Positions 29,442 through 39,581 of a stretch of DNA of 64,000 nucleotides are shown in pieces. Where the stretch lies: positions 89,937 to 153,936 of the forward strand of contig JAHEGU010000001.1 in the NCBI GenBank assembly GCA_024644945.1, given 5' to 3'. The stretch comes from Gammaproteobacteria bacterium. Its GTDB lineage: Bacteria > Pseudomonadota > Gammaproteobacteria > Arenicellales > Poriferihabitantaceae. Under the pieces are notes generated by a model. The model did no database searches and was not told the DNA's origin. It saw only the letters and a list, made by a program, of their open reading frames with translations. Each line of letters opens with the position of its first letter. Within the stretch, counting starts at the first letter, position 1. Position numbers and translations under genes: made by a program.

Positions 29442-30362
29442 ATGCGATACAGAATTAAAAATTACAATCGAAGAATTGTCATGCGAAAACATTGCGTTGG
29501 CAGTAATTTCCTCTTGATTGCATTGATATTATTCAGCGCTATCGTAAGTGGAGATGAAATTGATGAGGGGATAGCAGCATTTGACAGTGGTCACTATGCA
29601 ACAGCCTATAAGATTCTATTTCCATTAGCTGAACATCACGGATATACCAAGGCGATGAATACACTCGGGCTCATGTTCGAACAGGGTCTTGGCGTTGCAA
29701 AACAAGGCGATGAGGCGGAAAAGTGGTACAAAAAAGCGGCGCTCGAAGGGAATTCGGAAGCTATGTATAACCTCGGATTACTTTACTCTGAAGGCAATCT
29801 TGTACCAAAAGACACAGTAAAGGGAATTGCTTGGATGGGCGCTGCGTTTGACCACCGACAGAACGAGGCCGCTCACGTGGCTAAAATATTGAGCGCGGAC
29901 ATGAGCGATGAAGAGCTTAGTGCAGCCAGCAAGCTTCGGATAAAAATCAATAATGAAATGTACGGCAGCAAGTCACAACCTGTAATCTCAGTACCCGCTC
30001 TCACCGAGCCGCCAGTAAACCCGTCGAGGCTCCTGACAAGCGAGCAGATCATTGATGCTTATTCTGGAACCACCTTCATATTCGAGTTTCGCGGTTCAAT
30101 CGCCCTGCAGGACTACCGCAGTCATTCGAGTAAAAAGCGTGCAATGTCGGGTAAGAAAGCGAAAATATCCGGTGAGTATCGTGACGGCTTCTATAAGGGA
30201 AAGTGGTGGACAGTGAATAACAAATTGTGTGTCGAATATTCCAAGGTTAAGGTATTTGATGATTGTTTCTGGATTGAAGCTACGGGGGAAAGTGAATACA
30301 GATTGTACAGCCAGAAAACAGGCGGCATCATTGTCGAGACCATTACTGAAAGTCGGTACTAG
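29442..30362 (+). CDS. Sel1-repeat (SLR/TPR-like) protein with an unknown C-terminal domain, secreted
   Basis: Sel1 repeats are present: AMNTLGLMFEQGLGVAKQGDEAEKWYKKAALEGNSEAMYNLGLLYSEGN. The start is probably the ATG at 29481, before the signal peptide NFLLIALILFSAIVSG. Confidence 0.75.
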   Translation: MRYRIKNYNRRIVMRKHCVGSNFLLIALILFSAIVSGDEIDEGIAAFDSGHYATAYKILFPLAEHHGYTKAMNTLGLMFEQGLGVAKQGDEAEKWYKKAALEGNSEAMYNLGLLYSEGNLVPKDTVKGIAWMGAAFDHRQNEAAHVAKILSADMSDEELSAASKLRIKINNEMYGSKSQPVISVPALTEPPVNPSRLLTSEQIIDAYSGTTFIFEFRGSIALQDYRSHSSKKRAMSGKKAKISGEYRDGFYKGKWWTVNNKLCVEYSKVKVFDDCFWIEATGESEYRLYSQKTGGIIVETITESRY

Positions 30363-30411
30363 ATTTCTATATCAATCAAAGCAGGGTGCCGTAAACAACC
30401 AAAGAGATCAG

Positions 30412-30456
30412 CAATCAAAGGGGTCCAATCAAAGGGGTCAGTGTCAATTAATTAGG
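30412..30456 (+). repeat. Family B variant with a 14-nt tandem duplication
   Basis: The sequence is caatcaaaggggtc caatcaaaggggtc agtgtcaattaattagg. Compare 21485-21513. Confidence 0.55.
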
Positions 30457-30465
30457 TGAAATCGT

Positions 30466-30490
30466 GAGTAAACCAGGGCAGAACTAACTA
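30466..30490 (+). repeat. Family A intergenic repeat
   Basis: The sequence is gagtaaaccagggcagaactaacta. Confidence 0.45.
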
Positions 30491-30602
30491 CATGTTGATA
30501 CCGCCCATATCTCGTAATTATCTTTCTATGGTCAAACAGATCTTTTTGAGTGATAGTTGAGAGCTACAATTAGATCCGGCCTCAATATCGCCCGTTATTA
30601 GA

Positions 30603-32363
30603 CTATTCAAGTCCGATAGCACTCAAGCTATTCAGATAGGGTTCCAATCCGCCGGCATGTTTTGTCGGCAGGTTTTTTTTGAGAAAGTCGATCGACAGAT
30701 CTGGTTTCGCCACCACTGCCGCAGCAAGAGACTGTTTCGCCTCGTCAATCCGACCCAGATTAGCCAGCGCGGAAGCCTTGACGGCATGTGGCCAGTAGCC
30801 TATTGCATTTGGAATCTGCAAGGTATGGTTGGCCCACTCCAGCGCCGCTTCATATTCTTGGCTTAGAATGTAATTCAGGGCATGGACAATTGTGAAGGCC
30901 CACAGCATCGGATCGCGCGGACTCATCGCGACCGCATGTTTGGTTGTATGTTTGGATTCTTCGAGCTCCCCTGCGAGCGATAACGCAAACGCGAGCCCGT
31001 GATAAGCCTGGGCAAAGCAGGGGTTGAGCTCGATCGACTTTCGCAGTGCCGCGATCGACGCGTCATGATCGCCCAGCATCATATAAATGCGGCCGATAGC
31101 GAAATACGATATGGCATCTCTGTCATCGCATTGCAGCGCCATCTTTGCGGCTGTCATACCTTCCCGCAGCAGTGTATCGGGATCTTCCGCGCTGCCCAAA
31201 ATCACGAACTGATAGCAACAATAGGCGTAGTAGGCATAAGCCGGAGCAAATTTAGGGTCCGCTGCGGAGGAACGTTTAAACAACTCCAGTGCGGTCTTAA
31301 TATTTTCATCTTTGTAGGTCCACATATGCCACAATGCCCGCTGATAAAGCTCCCACGCGTCGAGATTGTCGGGCGATTTGCTCAGCGCGCGTTCGCGCTC
31401 AAACGCATTTAACTCGGGCTCAAGCGCCGAAGCAATGACCATGACCATCTCATCCTGCAGATCGAAGATATCCTCCATTTCGCGATCATAGCGCTCGGCC
31501 CAGACATGGTGCCCGGTTTTGGCATCGATGAGCTGCACGGTCACACGCACGCGGTTGCCCGCCTTGCGCACGCTGCCCTCGAGCACGAAGCGAACGCCGA
31601 GCTCCTTGGCCACCTGGCGTACATCAATAGCCGTCCCTTTGTAGGAGAACGTGCTTTCACGAGAGATAACCTTGAACGAGCGAATCTTGGACAAGGCGGT
31701 GATCAGATCCTCGGTAATGCCGTCGCCAATAAAGTCAAGATCCGAATCCTGGTTCATATTGGTCAGCGCCAGTACGGCGATCGAGGGTTTCTCCGATGCG
31801 CCTGATGTAGTTAGCTCATCAAGCATGTGCTGCCTTTCTTCTGGCTTCCAATAAAACACGTGAACCGGTCGACCGATGTTCTTATACTGTTGTTCCCCGC
31901 CATCGGTGAATGTTGCCTCCTGTTTTCCCAGGATTTGATCGTAAACAGAAGCCGAGATACAGATACCGCCCTCGGGCGCACTGGCCTCGAGCCGGGCCGC
32001 CAGATTGACGCCGTCGCCATACACTTCACCTCGGTCCTCGATAACGTCACCGATGTTGACACCGATCCTGATCTGAACTTTCTTGTTATCGTCGAGCGAC
32101 TGGTTCTGGATATGCAACTCGGTTTGGATCTTAACCGCGCAATTAGCTGCTGTAACGGCGCTCGAAAACTCCGCCAGAATAGCGTCGCCGGCGTAACGTA
32201 AAACCGCACCGCCGCTGTCTTTAATCTGACTGCTGGCATAATCCAGAACCTCCATGGCCCGGCGATGGGTACCTTCCTCGTCCCCACCGGTCAACCGCGA
32301 ATAGCCGGCAATGTCGGCATATAAAATAGCGGTTAACTTGCGTTTGTAGGCTTCGGTCGTCAT
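30603..32363 (-). CDS. Class III adenylate/guanylate cyclase / TolB-N-like domain / TPR protein (paralogue 1, no obvious TM)
   Basis: The 586-aa ORF has cyclase motifs (LTAILYADIAGYSRL, RYAGDAILAEF, RIGVNIGDVI, YGDGVNLAARLE). A PSIAVLALTNMNQD...FIGDGITEDLITALS...LEGSVRK block follows, then TPR repeats. Confidence 0.85.
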   Translation of the reverse strand: MTTEAYKRKLTAILYADIAGYSRLTGGDEEGTHRRAMEVLDYASSQIKDSGGAVLRYAGDAILAEFSSAVTAANCAVKIQTELHIQNQSLDDNKKVQIRIGVNIGDVIEDRGEVYGDGVNLAARLEASAPEGGICISASVYDQILGKQEATFTDGGEQQYKNIGRPVHVFYWKPEERQHMLDELTTSGASEKPSIAVLALTNMNQDSDLDFIGDGITEDLITALSKIRSFKVISRESTFSYKGTAIDVRQVAKELGVRFVLEGSVRKAGNRVRVTVQLIDAKTGHHVWAERYDREMEDIFDLQDEMVMVIASALEPELNAFERERALSKSPDNLDAWELYQRALWHMWTYKDENIKTALELFKRSSAADPKFAPAYAYYAYCCYQFVILGSAEDPDTLLREGMTAAKMALQCDDRDAISYFAIGRIYMMLGDHDASIAALRKSIELNPCFAQAYHGLAFALSLAGELEESKHTTKHAVAMSPRDPMLWAFTIVHALNYILSQEYEAALEWANHTLQIPNAIGYWPHAVKASALANLGRIDEAKQSLAAAVVAKPDLSIDFLKKNLPTKHAGGLEPYLNSLSAIGLE

Positions 32364-32473
32364 ATGGCGGAAACGATATTAATCTCGATTTTAATGGATC
32401 AGGGCGTAGCATACCCTAAAGGCCACATCCGTTTATAATACCGGAATAGAATTATTTTCATGGAAAATCACAT

Positions 32474-32496
32474 TGAAAACCGAGACAGATTGGACT
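32474..32496 (+). repeat. Family A intergenic repeat
   Basis: The sequence is ttgaaaaccgagacagattggac. Confidence 0.55.
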
Positions 32497-32510
32497 CTCG
32501 TTTACTTTTT

Positions 32511-33143
32511 CTACACGCCTTCTTTTGACCAATCTATCGCACGACGATCGCCGACATCCAGCCACCCGGCAAAGGCGAGTAACGGCTTATCGAAAGTACG
32601 CATCGCGTGCATTTGCCAGCTGTTGTGAAATATTAAATCTCCAGGCGAAACATCAAACCAATCGCCCTCGTCGAGACACCACTGAGAGCCTGGGGTGAGT
32701 AACAGATACACCTCTCTAGGCTCATGGTGATGGCCCGGGTACACAACATCTGGGCCGAGCAACAACAGGCCTCCACGAGGAACTGCACAAAGAATAGGGG
32801 CATCCGGCCCGGAAAAACCCGCATAGGCGTAACCGGCTAGAAAAGAGGAGCTGCTATTGCGTTCAGTGTAGTGTGAGTTTTGTGACCATCTCAGTTCGCC
32901 CACGACCCGAGAGAATTTATTGGCGATTTCCGCCAGCTCGTAGCGTGCCGCAAGTGACAATGCCTGATCGAGATGGCGCAGAACCGGCAGAGCATTATCA
33001 AAGCGGGATTCATCATCCTGTCTTTCTGTCGAAACCTGGTTCGGCACCTGAATTTCACAACCCGTAACCATATCCCTGCGGGCTGTAATCGCTTTCCAGG
33101 TGAGTCTGTTGAGCTTTTCGAGTTCGTTTATGTCGGCATTCAT
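32511..33143 (-). CDS. Cupin protein, DddL-like (DMSP lyase family) candidate
   Basis: The 210-aa ORF has a cupin metal motif YPGHHHEPREVYLLL and HNSWQMHAMRT followed by PLLAFAGWLD. From memory this pattern resembles the DMSP_lyase (DddL) family. It was not verified. Confidence 0.45.
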   Translation of the reverse strand: MNADINELEKLNRLTWKAITARRDMVTGCEIQVPNQVSTERQDDESRFDNALPVLRHLDQALSLAARYELAEIANKFSRVVGELRWSQNSHYTERNSSSSFLAGYAYAGFSGPDAPILCAVPRGGLLLLGPDVVYPGHHHEPREVYLLLTPGSQWCLDEGDWFDVSPGDLIFHNSWQMHAMRTFDKPLLAFAGWLDVGDRRAIDWSKEGV

Positions 33144-33182
33144 TTTCTGATCACTTAGCGAACACTGGAGATTAGCCTCGCC

Positions 33183-35081
33183 TCACTCGGGGACTCCCGC
33201 CTCACGAAGCGCGTCGAGATAGTTTTCCAGATCGGCTTCATACAGATAGTTAGCTTCTCTGCGTTCTTTAGCAAGGGTTATTTCCGGGGTGATTGCCAGC
33301 GCTTCTTCAACCGACCAGGCAGCGTCATCCAATTGACCAAGCCGGACCAAGACTGCCGCGAGAGTCAGGTGGGTACGATCAAATCCCGGGTTGAGCTCAA
33401 TACTTTTCTCAAGCGATGCCAGCGCATCCGTATATCTGCCCATCAGGAAAAGAATCCTTCCCTCGACACCGTAATACACACCTGTGACCTGGATGTTTAA
33501 CTGTTTAGCGTGCTCAAGAGCTTCTAGTGCCTGCTCATATTGCCCCGAGTAGCTCAAGATGAAGGCCAGTGCCGCGTGCCCGTCAGCGTAATCTGGAAAC
33601 ACTTCAATAGTCCGCATTGCCGCCTCTACTGCGGCCTCATGCTGCCGCTGAGATAGGTAAAGAATACTACGAGTGAGGTAAATCTGCGGGATGCCATCAT
33701 CCAGTTGTAATGCTCTGTTGGCGTACTCCAGGCCCAGCTTAATCGACTCCTCCCGATTTGGTGTCCAATAGAAATTTACCTCTGTCCCATAGGTCAGGGC
33801 AATATTGGAATAGGCTCGCGCATAGTTTGGATCAAGCGCGACCGCCTGCTTGAACATCTCGCGCGCGGCTACCATCGATTCACGCGAATAATATGTGTAC
33901 TGCTGGAGTCCGCGTAACAACATGTCGTAGGCATCAGGATTGGTAGTTTCTACCTTAATCAGTCTTTCTTCTTCGGTCGGGGTAAGGTTTACTTTTAGCT
34001 CCTCGACGATCTTACGATTGACATCGTCCTGCAACGAAAATATGTCGGCCATGGTTCCATCAAATCGATCTGCCCAAATATGACCACCAGTTTCACCGTC
34101 CACGAGCTGTGCGTTGATTCGGATTTGATCGTTAACGCGACGCACACTGCCCTCGAGTATGTACTTCACGCCGAGTTCCTGCGAGACCGTGCGCAGGTCC
34201 ATCGACCTTCCTTTGTACGAAAAACTGGAGTTGCGCGCGACCACGAACAGCCCCGATATTCTCGATAAATCGGTGGTCAAGTCCTCGGTAATACCGTCAG
34301 CAAAATACTCCTGGTCAGGATCGTCACTCATGTTGTCGAAAGGCAAAACCGCAATCGAGGGTCTTTCGGATTGTGTTTGTTCCTTGGATTCAGAACTGAT
34401 CGGCTCTTTGGACTGCCAGTTGACAACACCGTAGGTGACTGCAGCGATAACAGCCAGTGCAACCAGGGCTATCATAACCTTGGGCCTCGGCGAGCTCTCG
34501 GCGGGGCCGCTACTTCGGCCGGGCTCGGGAAGCGGGACAGATGCCCCGCGCTTCAATGCGACCCGATAAACGCCAACGGGCTCTTCGAACCCCTTTAATT
34601 CCTGTTCACCGATATTCTCAAGCTCGAACGGCAGGCGCCTCGGAATCGCTTCGCGGACCGCTGGCGTAATGCATATTCCACCAGAATTCGCCAGTTGCTC
34701 CAGGCGCTGCGCCAGCACCACCCCGGCACCGGTGATCGTATTGTCTGCAATAACGACTTCACCCATGGCAATCCCGACCCGTACCAGCGGGCGGATATTA
34801 TCATCGAGTTGTGCATTGAAATTAGCCTGATCAGATAGGAAAGAGAGTGCCGCAGAAACCGCATCCGAGGCCCGGTTGAACTCGGCTAGCAGCGCATCAC
34901 CACGGAGTTCACGCACCTGACCATGATACTTAGAAATCGTTTCAGCAAAACGCTTAAAAGAACCCTGGATGCGCGTGTGAGCTTTGTGCTCATTCTGTTG
35001 TACCAGGGCGGTTGACCCCACGACATCCGCGTGCAGGATAACTGCGAGTTTGCCCGATAACTGTTTAGCTGCCATCAGCAA
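33183..35081 (-). CDS. Class III cyclase / TM helix / TolB-N-like / TPR protein (paralogue 2, membrane anchored)
   Basis: The 632-aa ORF has cyclase motifs (LAVILHADVVGSTAL, LRGDALLAEF, RVGIAMGEVV). A TM segment VMIALVALAVIAAVTYGVV follows, then PSIAVLPFDNMSDDPDQEYFADGITEDLTTDLS, then TPR repeats. Confidence 0.85.
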   Translation of the reverse strand: MLMAAKQLSGKLAVILHADVVGSTALVQQNEHKAHTRIQGSFKRFAETISKYHGQVRELRGDALLAEFNRASDAVSAALSFLSDQANFNAQLDDNIRPLVRVGIAMGEVVIADNTITGAGVVLAQRLEQLANSGGICITPAVREAIPRRLPFELENIGEQELKGFEEPVGVYRVALKRGASVPLPEPGRSSGPAESSPRPKVMIALVALAVIAAVTYGVVNWQSKEPISSESKEQTQSERPSIAVLPFDNMSDDPDQEYFADGITEDLTTDLSRISGLFVVARNSSFSYKGRSMDLRTVSQELGVKYILEGSVRRVNDQIRINAQLVDGETGGHIWADRFDGTMADIFSLQDDVNRKIVEELKVNLTPTEEERLIKVETTNPDAYDMLLRGLQQYTYYSRESMVAAREMFKQAVALDPNYARAYSNIALTYGTEVNFYWTPNREESIKLGLEYANRALQLDDGIPQIYLTRSILYLSQRQHEAAVEAAMRTIEVFPDYADGHAALAFILSYSGQYEQALEALEHAKQLNIQVTGVYYGVEGRILFLMGRYTDALASLEKSIELNPGFDRTHLTLAAVLVRLGQLDDAAWSVEEALAITPEITLAKERREANYLYEADLENYLDALREAGVPE

Positions 35082-35216
35082 CCCGATTAGAATCAGTTGA
35101 CAAGAATATTATCATATTGTGGTTGCAGGGATTTCGGCACAGAGCTTGAGCCTGAGTTCTACTCTTTAAGTCACTGTGGCGCTGAGATTGCTATAATTTT
35201 TAGTTATGTGAGGCCG

Positions 35217-35289
35217 CGAAAACCAGGGTAACTTTATTTAGTAAAAATAGACCCAAACCTGGTGAGAAAACTGAGACAAATCTATTTAG
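35217..35289. repeat. Cluster of three family A repeats (forward, reverse, forward)
   Basis: The three copies are cgaaaaccagggtaactttatttag (35217-35241), aaaaatagacccaaacctggtg (35243-35264, reverse) and gagaaaactgagacaaatctatttag (35264-35289). Confidence 0.55.
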
Positions 35290-35351
35290 TCCTGGCAACC
35301 ATGCCCTTAACAACAAGAGGAAATTGAACCCGTTCTGAATATCGAGCAACC

Positions 35352-37880
35352 CTAATCGTCTGTGATTTTCGGTGCATAGTCGGCACCCCGCGCGTCGTGA
35401 ATTGACTGGACTATTTGTTTAATCGCCGGGTATTTTCGAAGAATCTTCAGCATCGAACGCATCGAGATTCTCAGTACTATGCAGGGTGACTTAGCTTTTA
35501 TGGTGGCGGACCTGATATGTCGTCCGCTTTCAAACTCCGACAGTAACGAAGACTCTCCCATAATATCCCCATCGCTCAAATTTGCCACGTGATGACCGTA
35601 ACTTAGTGCGTCGGTGCGCCATACCGCGGCTTCGCCAACGATGATGATATAAAAATGATCGCCAGTCTCGTAGGCGCCCATAATAGTGTCACCCGGCAGA
35701 AAGGTAATACAGGTGGCATTTTTTTCCAGATCACTTCGGTCTTCTTCAGACAAATCGTCGAACAACTCTAGTTCATCCAACATTTCGGCAACGCTATTTT
35801 CATCACTTGATATGGTGGGTTTCATCTCCCTGATACGCTCAATTATCTTATTCACTTTATATTGTGTTGAAACATAACCCTTAGCGCTCAGGTCACCATG
35901 TTCGTATTGTTCATTAACATGGTTCCAGCCACTGTAGATGGTTGAGCGCCTGGCCAAAAGATCCAGATACTGGCGGTAAAAACTCGGAAAATGCGCTCGG
36001 GCCATTTTCAGCCTTTTGCGATAGTACTTTTTTCTTTTCTTATAGAGTTTGGTGACTACCCCTCGTGCCCCAAGCTCAAGGTCATCCTGGTTCTTGAGCG
36101 CAGTGATGACAGCCTCGCATATCAATACGTGCGCAAGGTTACGTTGTAATTGTTGTACCATTCGAGTGCCTTGAAATCTTGACATTAGCGCCGACGACCA
36201 GCGCCGTTCACGTATAGTGCGCAGAAACATTTCTTCGAGGCGCTGAAAATAACTCTGCTTACTACGCTTGCGGTGGCTCTCGATTTCGCGACCTCCTTGG
36301 CGCAGATCCTCGCGCGTATCATAAAGCTGGTTAAGCATATCCAAGTAAATATACTGACTAATGTAACCAATTTCGTAGAGACTTTTTAGTTCTTTGCGTT
36401 CGATATGATAGGCACGCAGTAAGGCGATAAAATCATCATCGCGGTGTTCGTCACCCTCTTCGTCAAGCCACCCTAGCCCAAACCCAATTTCAATATCGTT
36501 CAAAGTTCTGTTGACATCAGTCTCGGGTGCTAACTTGTTATTCAGTAATTTAGTAAAATTATCGTGCAGCTTGTGGCGTGCATCGATCAGCACGCTGCGC
36601 AGTTCCAATTCCTCTCCCTTTGATAGTTCATTCATGCCGAGACGCTGCATCAACGGGCGGATGGTGGGTGCGCTCACCAATAGCGTGAACAGCACCACAC
36701 CGATGGTGAGATCAAACAGAAACTGCCTTTCGGGCAGGTCACTTGGAATCGAAAGCACTACCGCTATTGCCAGTCCACCTTTGAGTCCGCCCCACCACAT
36801 GATATGGCGCTCATTCATGGTCACCTTTGGCAGGCGAAACCAGCGTGTGGTCAATGGTACAAACGTGTATATCGACAGTGCGCGCGCTATCAATACCAGT
36901 GCCACCACGATAAATACGGGTCCGATACGAGATAAAACGTTGTCAGTATTGACCGATAATCCCACCATCAAAAACAACAACGAGTTACAAGACAGAGCAA
37001 TCACTTCCCAGGTTTCGCTTATAGAATGCGTGACATCCTGGCGAATACGTGACATTCCAAACAGACGCAAAGCGATGGCCGCGCCGACAACCGCCATCAC
37101 ACCTGATATGTGCAGGGCATGTTCACCGACAACAAAAGCGGCATAGGCAATAATGATAGACGTGGTCAGGATTACGCTGACATTTGCTTTCATCCTGTAT
37201 ATCAGCTCGCAGGCAATAAAACCGAGTAAACCGCCGAAGATAGCGCCGCCGAAAAATACGCGTAAAAATTCCAGGAATACGTTATCTATATCGGATAGTC
37301 CGATAGCACTGCCTTCAACAGCGATAGCGAGGAGTATCGAGAAAGTGACGATGGCTGTCGCGTCATTGAACAACGACTCACCCTCAACCAGAACGTTCAA
37401 TCGATTTGGTGCGCCGAGCTCCTTGAATAGCGCCACTACGGCAACAGGATCGGTAGCTGAAATCAATGCGCCGAAAACTAGCGCAATGATCAATTTCATG
37501 TCCAAAGCAAGCCATACCCCAAACCCCACAATAAATGTCGATATCAACATCCCCGGGATCGCCAGAATTAGGACGGCGGGTAAATCCTTGGTTAACTGTC
37601 GCGCATCCAACGCGAATCCTGACTCGAAAATGAGCGCTGGTAGAAAGATAAACAGCATGACCTCTGGACTGAGCTCGAAATCCTTCAGCGGCAGCAACAA
37701 CGGCCAACTTTCCGCAAGATTACTCAGCAATACGCCGATAACGACTAATACAACGGTAAAGGGGACCGGTAGTTTTCGACAGACGCCGGTGACCAGCATC
37801 GCAATGCCCAACAGGACAACCAGGACAAATACGGTTTCAGAAACTGGCATGGCTTTATCGTCTTCTCGACAAAACCACAA
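35352..37880 (-). CDS. CPA1 (NhaP-type) Na+/H+ exchanger fused to a C-terminal cyclic-nucleotide-binding domain
   Basis: The 842-aa ORF has an N-terminal ~420-aa polytopic exchanger (ATDPVAVVALFKELG, GESLFNDATAI). A ~270-aa linker follows. The C-terminal CAP-type CNBD contains FLPGDTIMGAYETGDHFYIIIVGEA...GDIMGESSLLS...RSATIKA. The start is possibly the ATG at 37850. Confidence 0.85.
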   Translation of the reverse strand: MWFCREDDKAMPVSETVFVLVVLLGIAMLVTGVCRKLPVPFTVVLVVIGVLLSNLAESWPLLLPLKDFELSPEVMLFIFLPALIFESGFALDARQLTKDLPAVLILAIPGMLISTFIVGFGVWLALDMKLIIALVFGALISATDPVAVVALFKELGAPNRLNVLVEGESLFNDATAIVTFSILLAIAVEGSAIGLSDIDNVFLEFLRVFFGGAIFGGLLGFIACELIYRMKANVSVILTTSIIIAYAAFVVGEHALHISGVMAVVGAAIALRLFGMSRIRQDVTHSISETWEVIALSCNSLLFLMVGLSVNTDNVLSRIGPVFIVVALVLIARALSIYTFVPLTTRWFRLPKVTMNERHIMWWGGLKGGLAIAVVLSIPSDLPERQFLFDLTIGVVLFTLLVSAPTIRPLMQRLGMNELSKGEELELRSVLIDARHKLHDNFTKLLNNKLAPETDVNRTLNDIEIGFGLGWLDEEGDEHRDDDFIALLRAYHIERKELKSLYEIGYISQYIYLDMLNQLYDTREDLRQGGREIESHRKRSKQSYFQRLEEMFLRTIRERRWSSALMSRFQGTRMVQQLQRNLAHVLICEAVITALKNQDDLELGARGVVTKLYKKRKKYYRKRLKMARAHFPSFYRQYLDLLARRSTIYSGWNHVNEQYEHGDLSAKGYVSTQYKVNKIIERIREMKPTISSDENSVAEMLDELELFDDLSEEDRSDLEKNATCITFLPGDTIMGAYETGDHFYIIIVGEAAVWRTDALSYGHHVANLSDGDIMGESSLLSEFESGRHIRSATIKAKSPCIVLRISMRSMLKILRKYPAIKQIVQSIHDARGADYAPKITDD

Positions 37881-37929
37881 TACGCCCCCACCTAAAACAT
37901 GTCAACGCGCTGAACGAAATACTGTTTAC

Positions 37930-37954
37930 GGAAAAATCGGGATAGATTTAATTT
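37930..37954 (+). repeat. Family A intergenic repeat
   Basis: The sequence is ggaaaaatcgggatagatttaattt. Confidence 0.5.
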
Positions 37955-38180
37955 CCAGGTTTTGGCGCCCCTTAATATGTTTAGTGTCCGTGTTAAATAA
38001 GAAATTTGTTTCTACCGTGGCCCACACACTCGACTTAAACATTGCCGCGGGATTTTAGTATCGGAGTCGACAATTACTTAACACGGCAGCAACATTATTC
38101 TCGTCAAACTAGTGTCTTACACCCGCGGATAATAATAGTCCGGAAGAATTTCCCGACAGCGCTAGATTTGGATAGTCTCG

Positions 38181-39398
38181 CTAGCCGTGTGCTTTAGCTG
38201 CAGCTGATTTTGGCAGTGAAATTTGCAGAACCAAATAGGCAAATATCGCAGAGAGGACTGATCCAAACAGTATACCCAGTCGATCATTGGCAAAATACTC
38301 GCCGCCCCCATGATCAAATGCTAGCCCCGCTATAAACAGACTCATAGTAAATCCGATCCCGCAGGCGAATGACACACCAATGATGTGCGACCAGCTCATA
38401 TCGTTTGGAAGTCGGATAAATTTCAATGCGACTGCAGCACCCACAAACAGCAGGATACCAACAGGTTTTCCGACAAACAAACCCAGAACAACTCCCAGTG
38501 TAACCGGATCCATCAGCGTACTAATGGTGACACCCGAGAGCGCAACGCCCGCATTGGCCAGTGCGAAAATTGGCAAGATTGCATAGGCCACAGGGCCGTG
38601 AAGATCATGTTCCAGCTCGCGCAGCGGAGATCCGCCCTCGTGGTCTCTCATCGGGACGCATAAGGCAATAACCACACCCGCCAGTGTGGCGTGTACGCCA
38701 GATTTGAGCACAGCAACCCAGAGCACAATACCAACCAGCACGTATGCAGAGACCCGTTTTACGCCAATCTTGTTTAAAAATATCGCTAACACCATCGCCG
38801 CCGCTGCCGCTGACAATGCATGCAGAGACAGATCATTGGTGTAAAAAATTGCGATGATAATAATCGCTGCCAGATCGTCAAAAATTGCCAGAGTCAATAA
38901 AAATACTTTGAGGCTTGTGGGTACGCGCGTGCCAAATACGCTCAGTAGACCAAGCGCAAATGCAATATCGGTCGCAACAGGAATTGCCCATCCTTCGAGC
39001 GCCACGGAATTGCCCCAGTTCATCCAGACGTAGATGCCTGCCGGCACGATCATGCCGCCGACCGCGCCCAGCGCTGGCAATACGATCTGGGAGGGGGATG
39101 AAAGCTCTCCCTCAACAAATTCACGCTTGATTTCAAGCCCGATTAAAAAAAAGAACACAGCCATCAGCCCATCATTGATCCATAACAGCAAAGGCTTATG
39201 GATATTCAAATCACCAACCAAGATGGCAACCGGCGTATTCAGTAATGCTTCATACCAACCAGCAACAGGCGAATTGGCGAGTAAGAGCGCGACTATGGCA
39301 GCGAGTAGAAGCAATATGCCGCCGGCCGATTCAAGCCTGATAAATTCGGTCATTGCTTTGCGAATTGCAGGCGAAGAGCGTTTGAAAGTAGACAGCAT
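38181..39398 (-). CDS. nhaA: Na+/H+ antiporter NhaA
   Basis: The 405-aa ORF contains WINDGLMAVFFFLIGLEIKRE and LTLAIFDDLAAIIIIAIFYT, both NhaA family hallmarks. Confidence 0.9.
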   Translation of the reverse strand: MLSTFKRSSPAIRKAMTEFIRLESAGGILLLLAAIVALLLANSPVAGWYEALLNTPVAILVGDLNIHKPLLLWINDGLMAVFFFLIGLEIKREFVEGELSSPSQIVLPALGAVGGMIVPAGIYVWMNWGNSVALEGWAIPVATDIAFALGLLSVFGTRVPTSLKVFLLTLAIFDDLAAIIIIAIFYTNDLSLHALSAAAAAMVLAIFLNKIGVKRVSAYVLVGIVLWVAVLKSGVHATLAGVVIALCVPMRDHEGGSPLRELEHDLHGPVAYAILPIFALANAGVALSGVTISTLMDPVTLGVVLGLFVGKPVGILLFVGAAVALKFIRLPNDMSWSHIIGVSFACGIGFTMSLFIAGLAFDHGGGEYFANDRLGILFGSVLSAIFAYLVLQISLPKSAAAKAHG

Positions 39399-39511
39399 TA
39401 TACGGATCTAGGCAGTGAGTTAAACGCTAATCTTCTCACATAAGTCTCTCTATCGAGGTTTCAAGACACGGATTACATAATAAGAATAACTTTTTTTCCA
39501 AAACAGAGACT

Positions 39512-39536
39512 CGAAAACCAGGACAGATCTGTTTAG
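39512..39536 (+). repeat. Family A intergenic repeat containing the palindrome acagatctgt
   Basis: The sequence is cgaaaaccaggacagatctgtttag. Confidence 0.6.
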
Positions 39537-39581
39537 TTCGAATCTATTTGTATCGGCCTGAAACTAAAATTGTCCCCGGAA

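Noticed and set aside
36511-38058. Plus-strand ORFs of 211 aa and 301 aa.
   Set aside because: They are antisense to the NhaP-CNBD gene and are Ser/Thr/Asn-rich and low-complexity. The 301-aa ORF merely runs on into the intergenic region.
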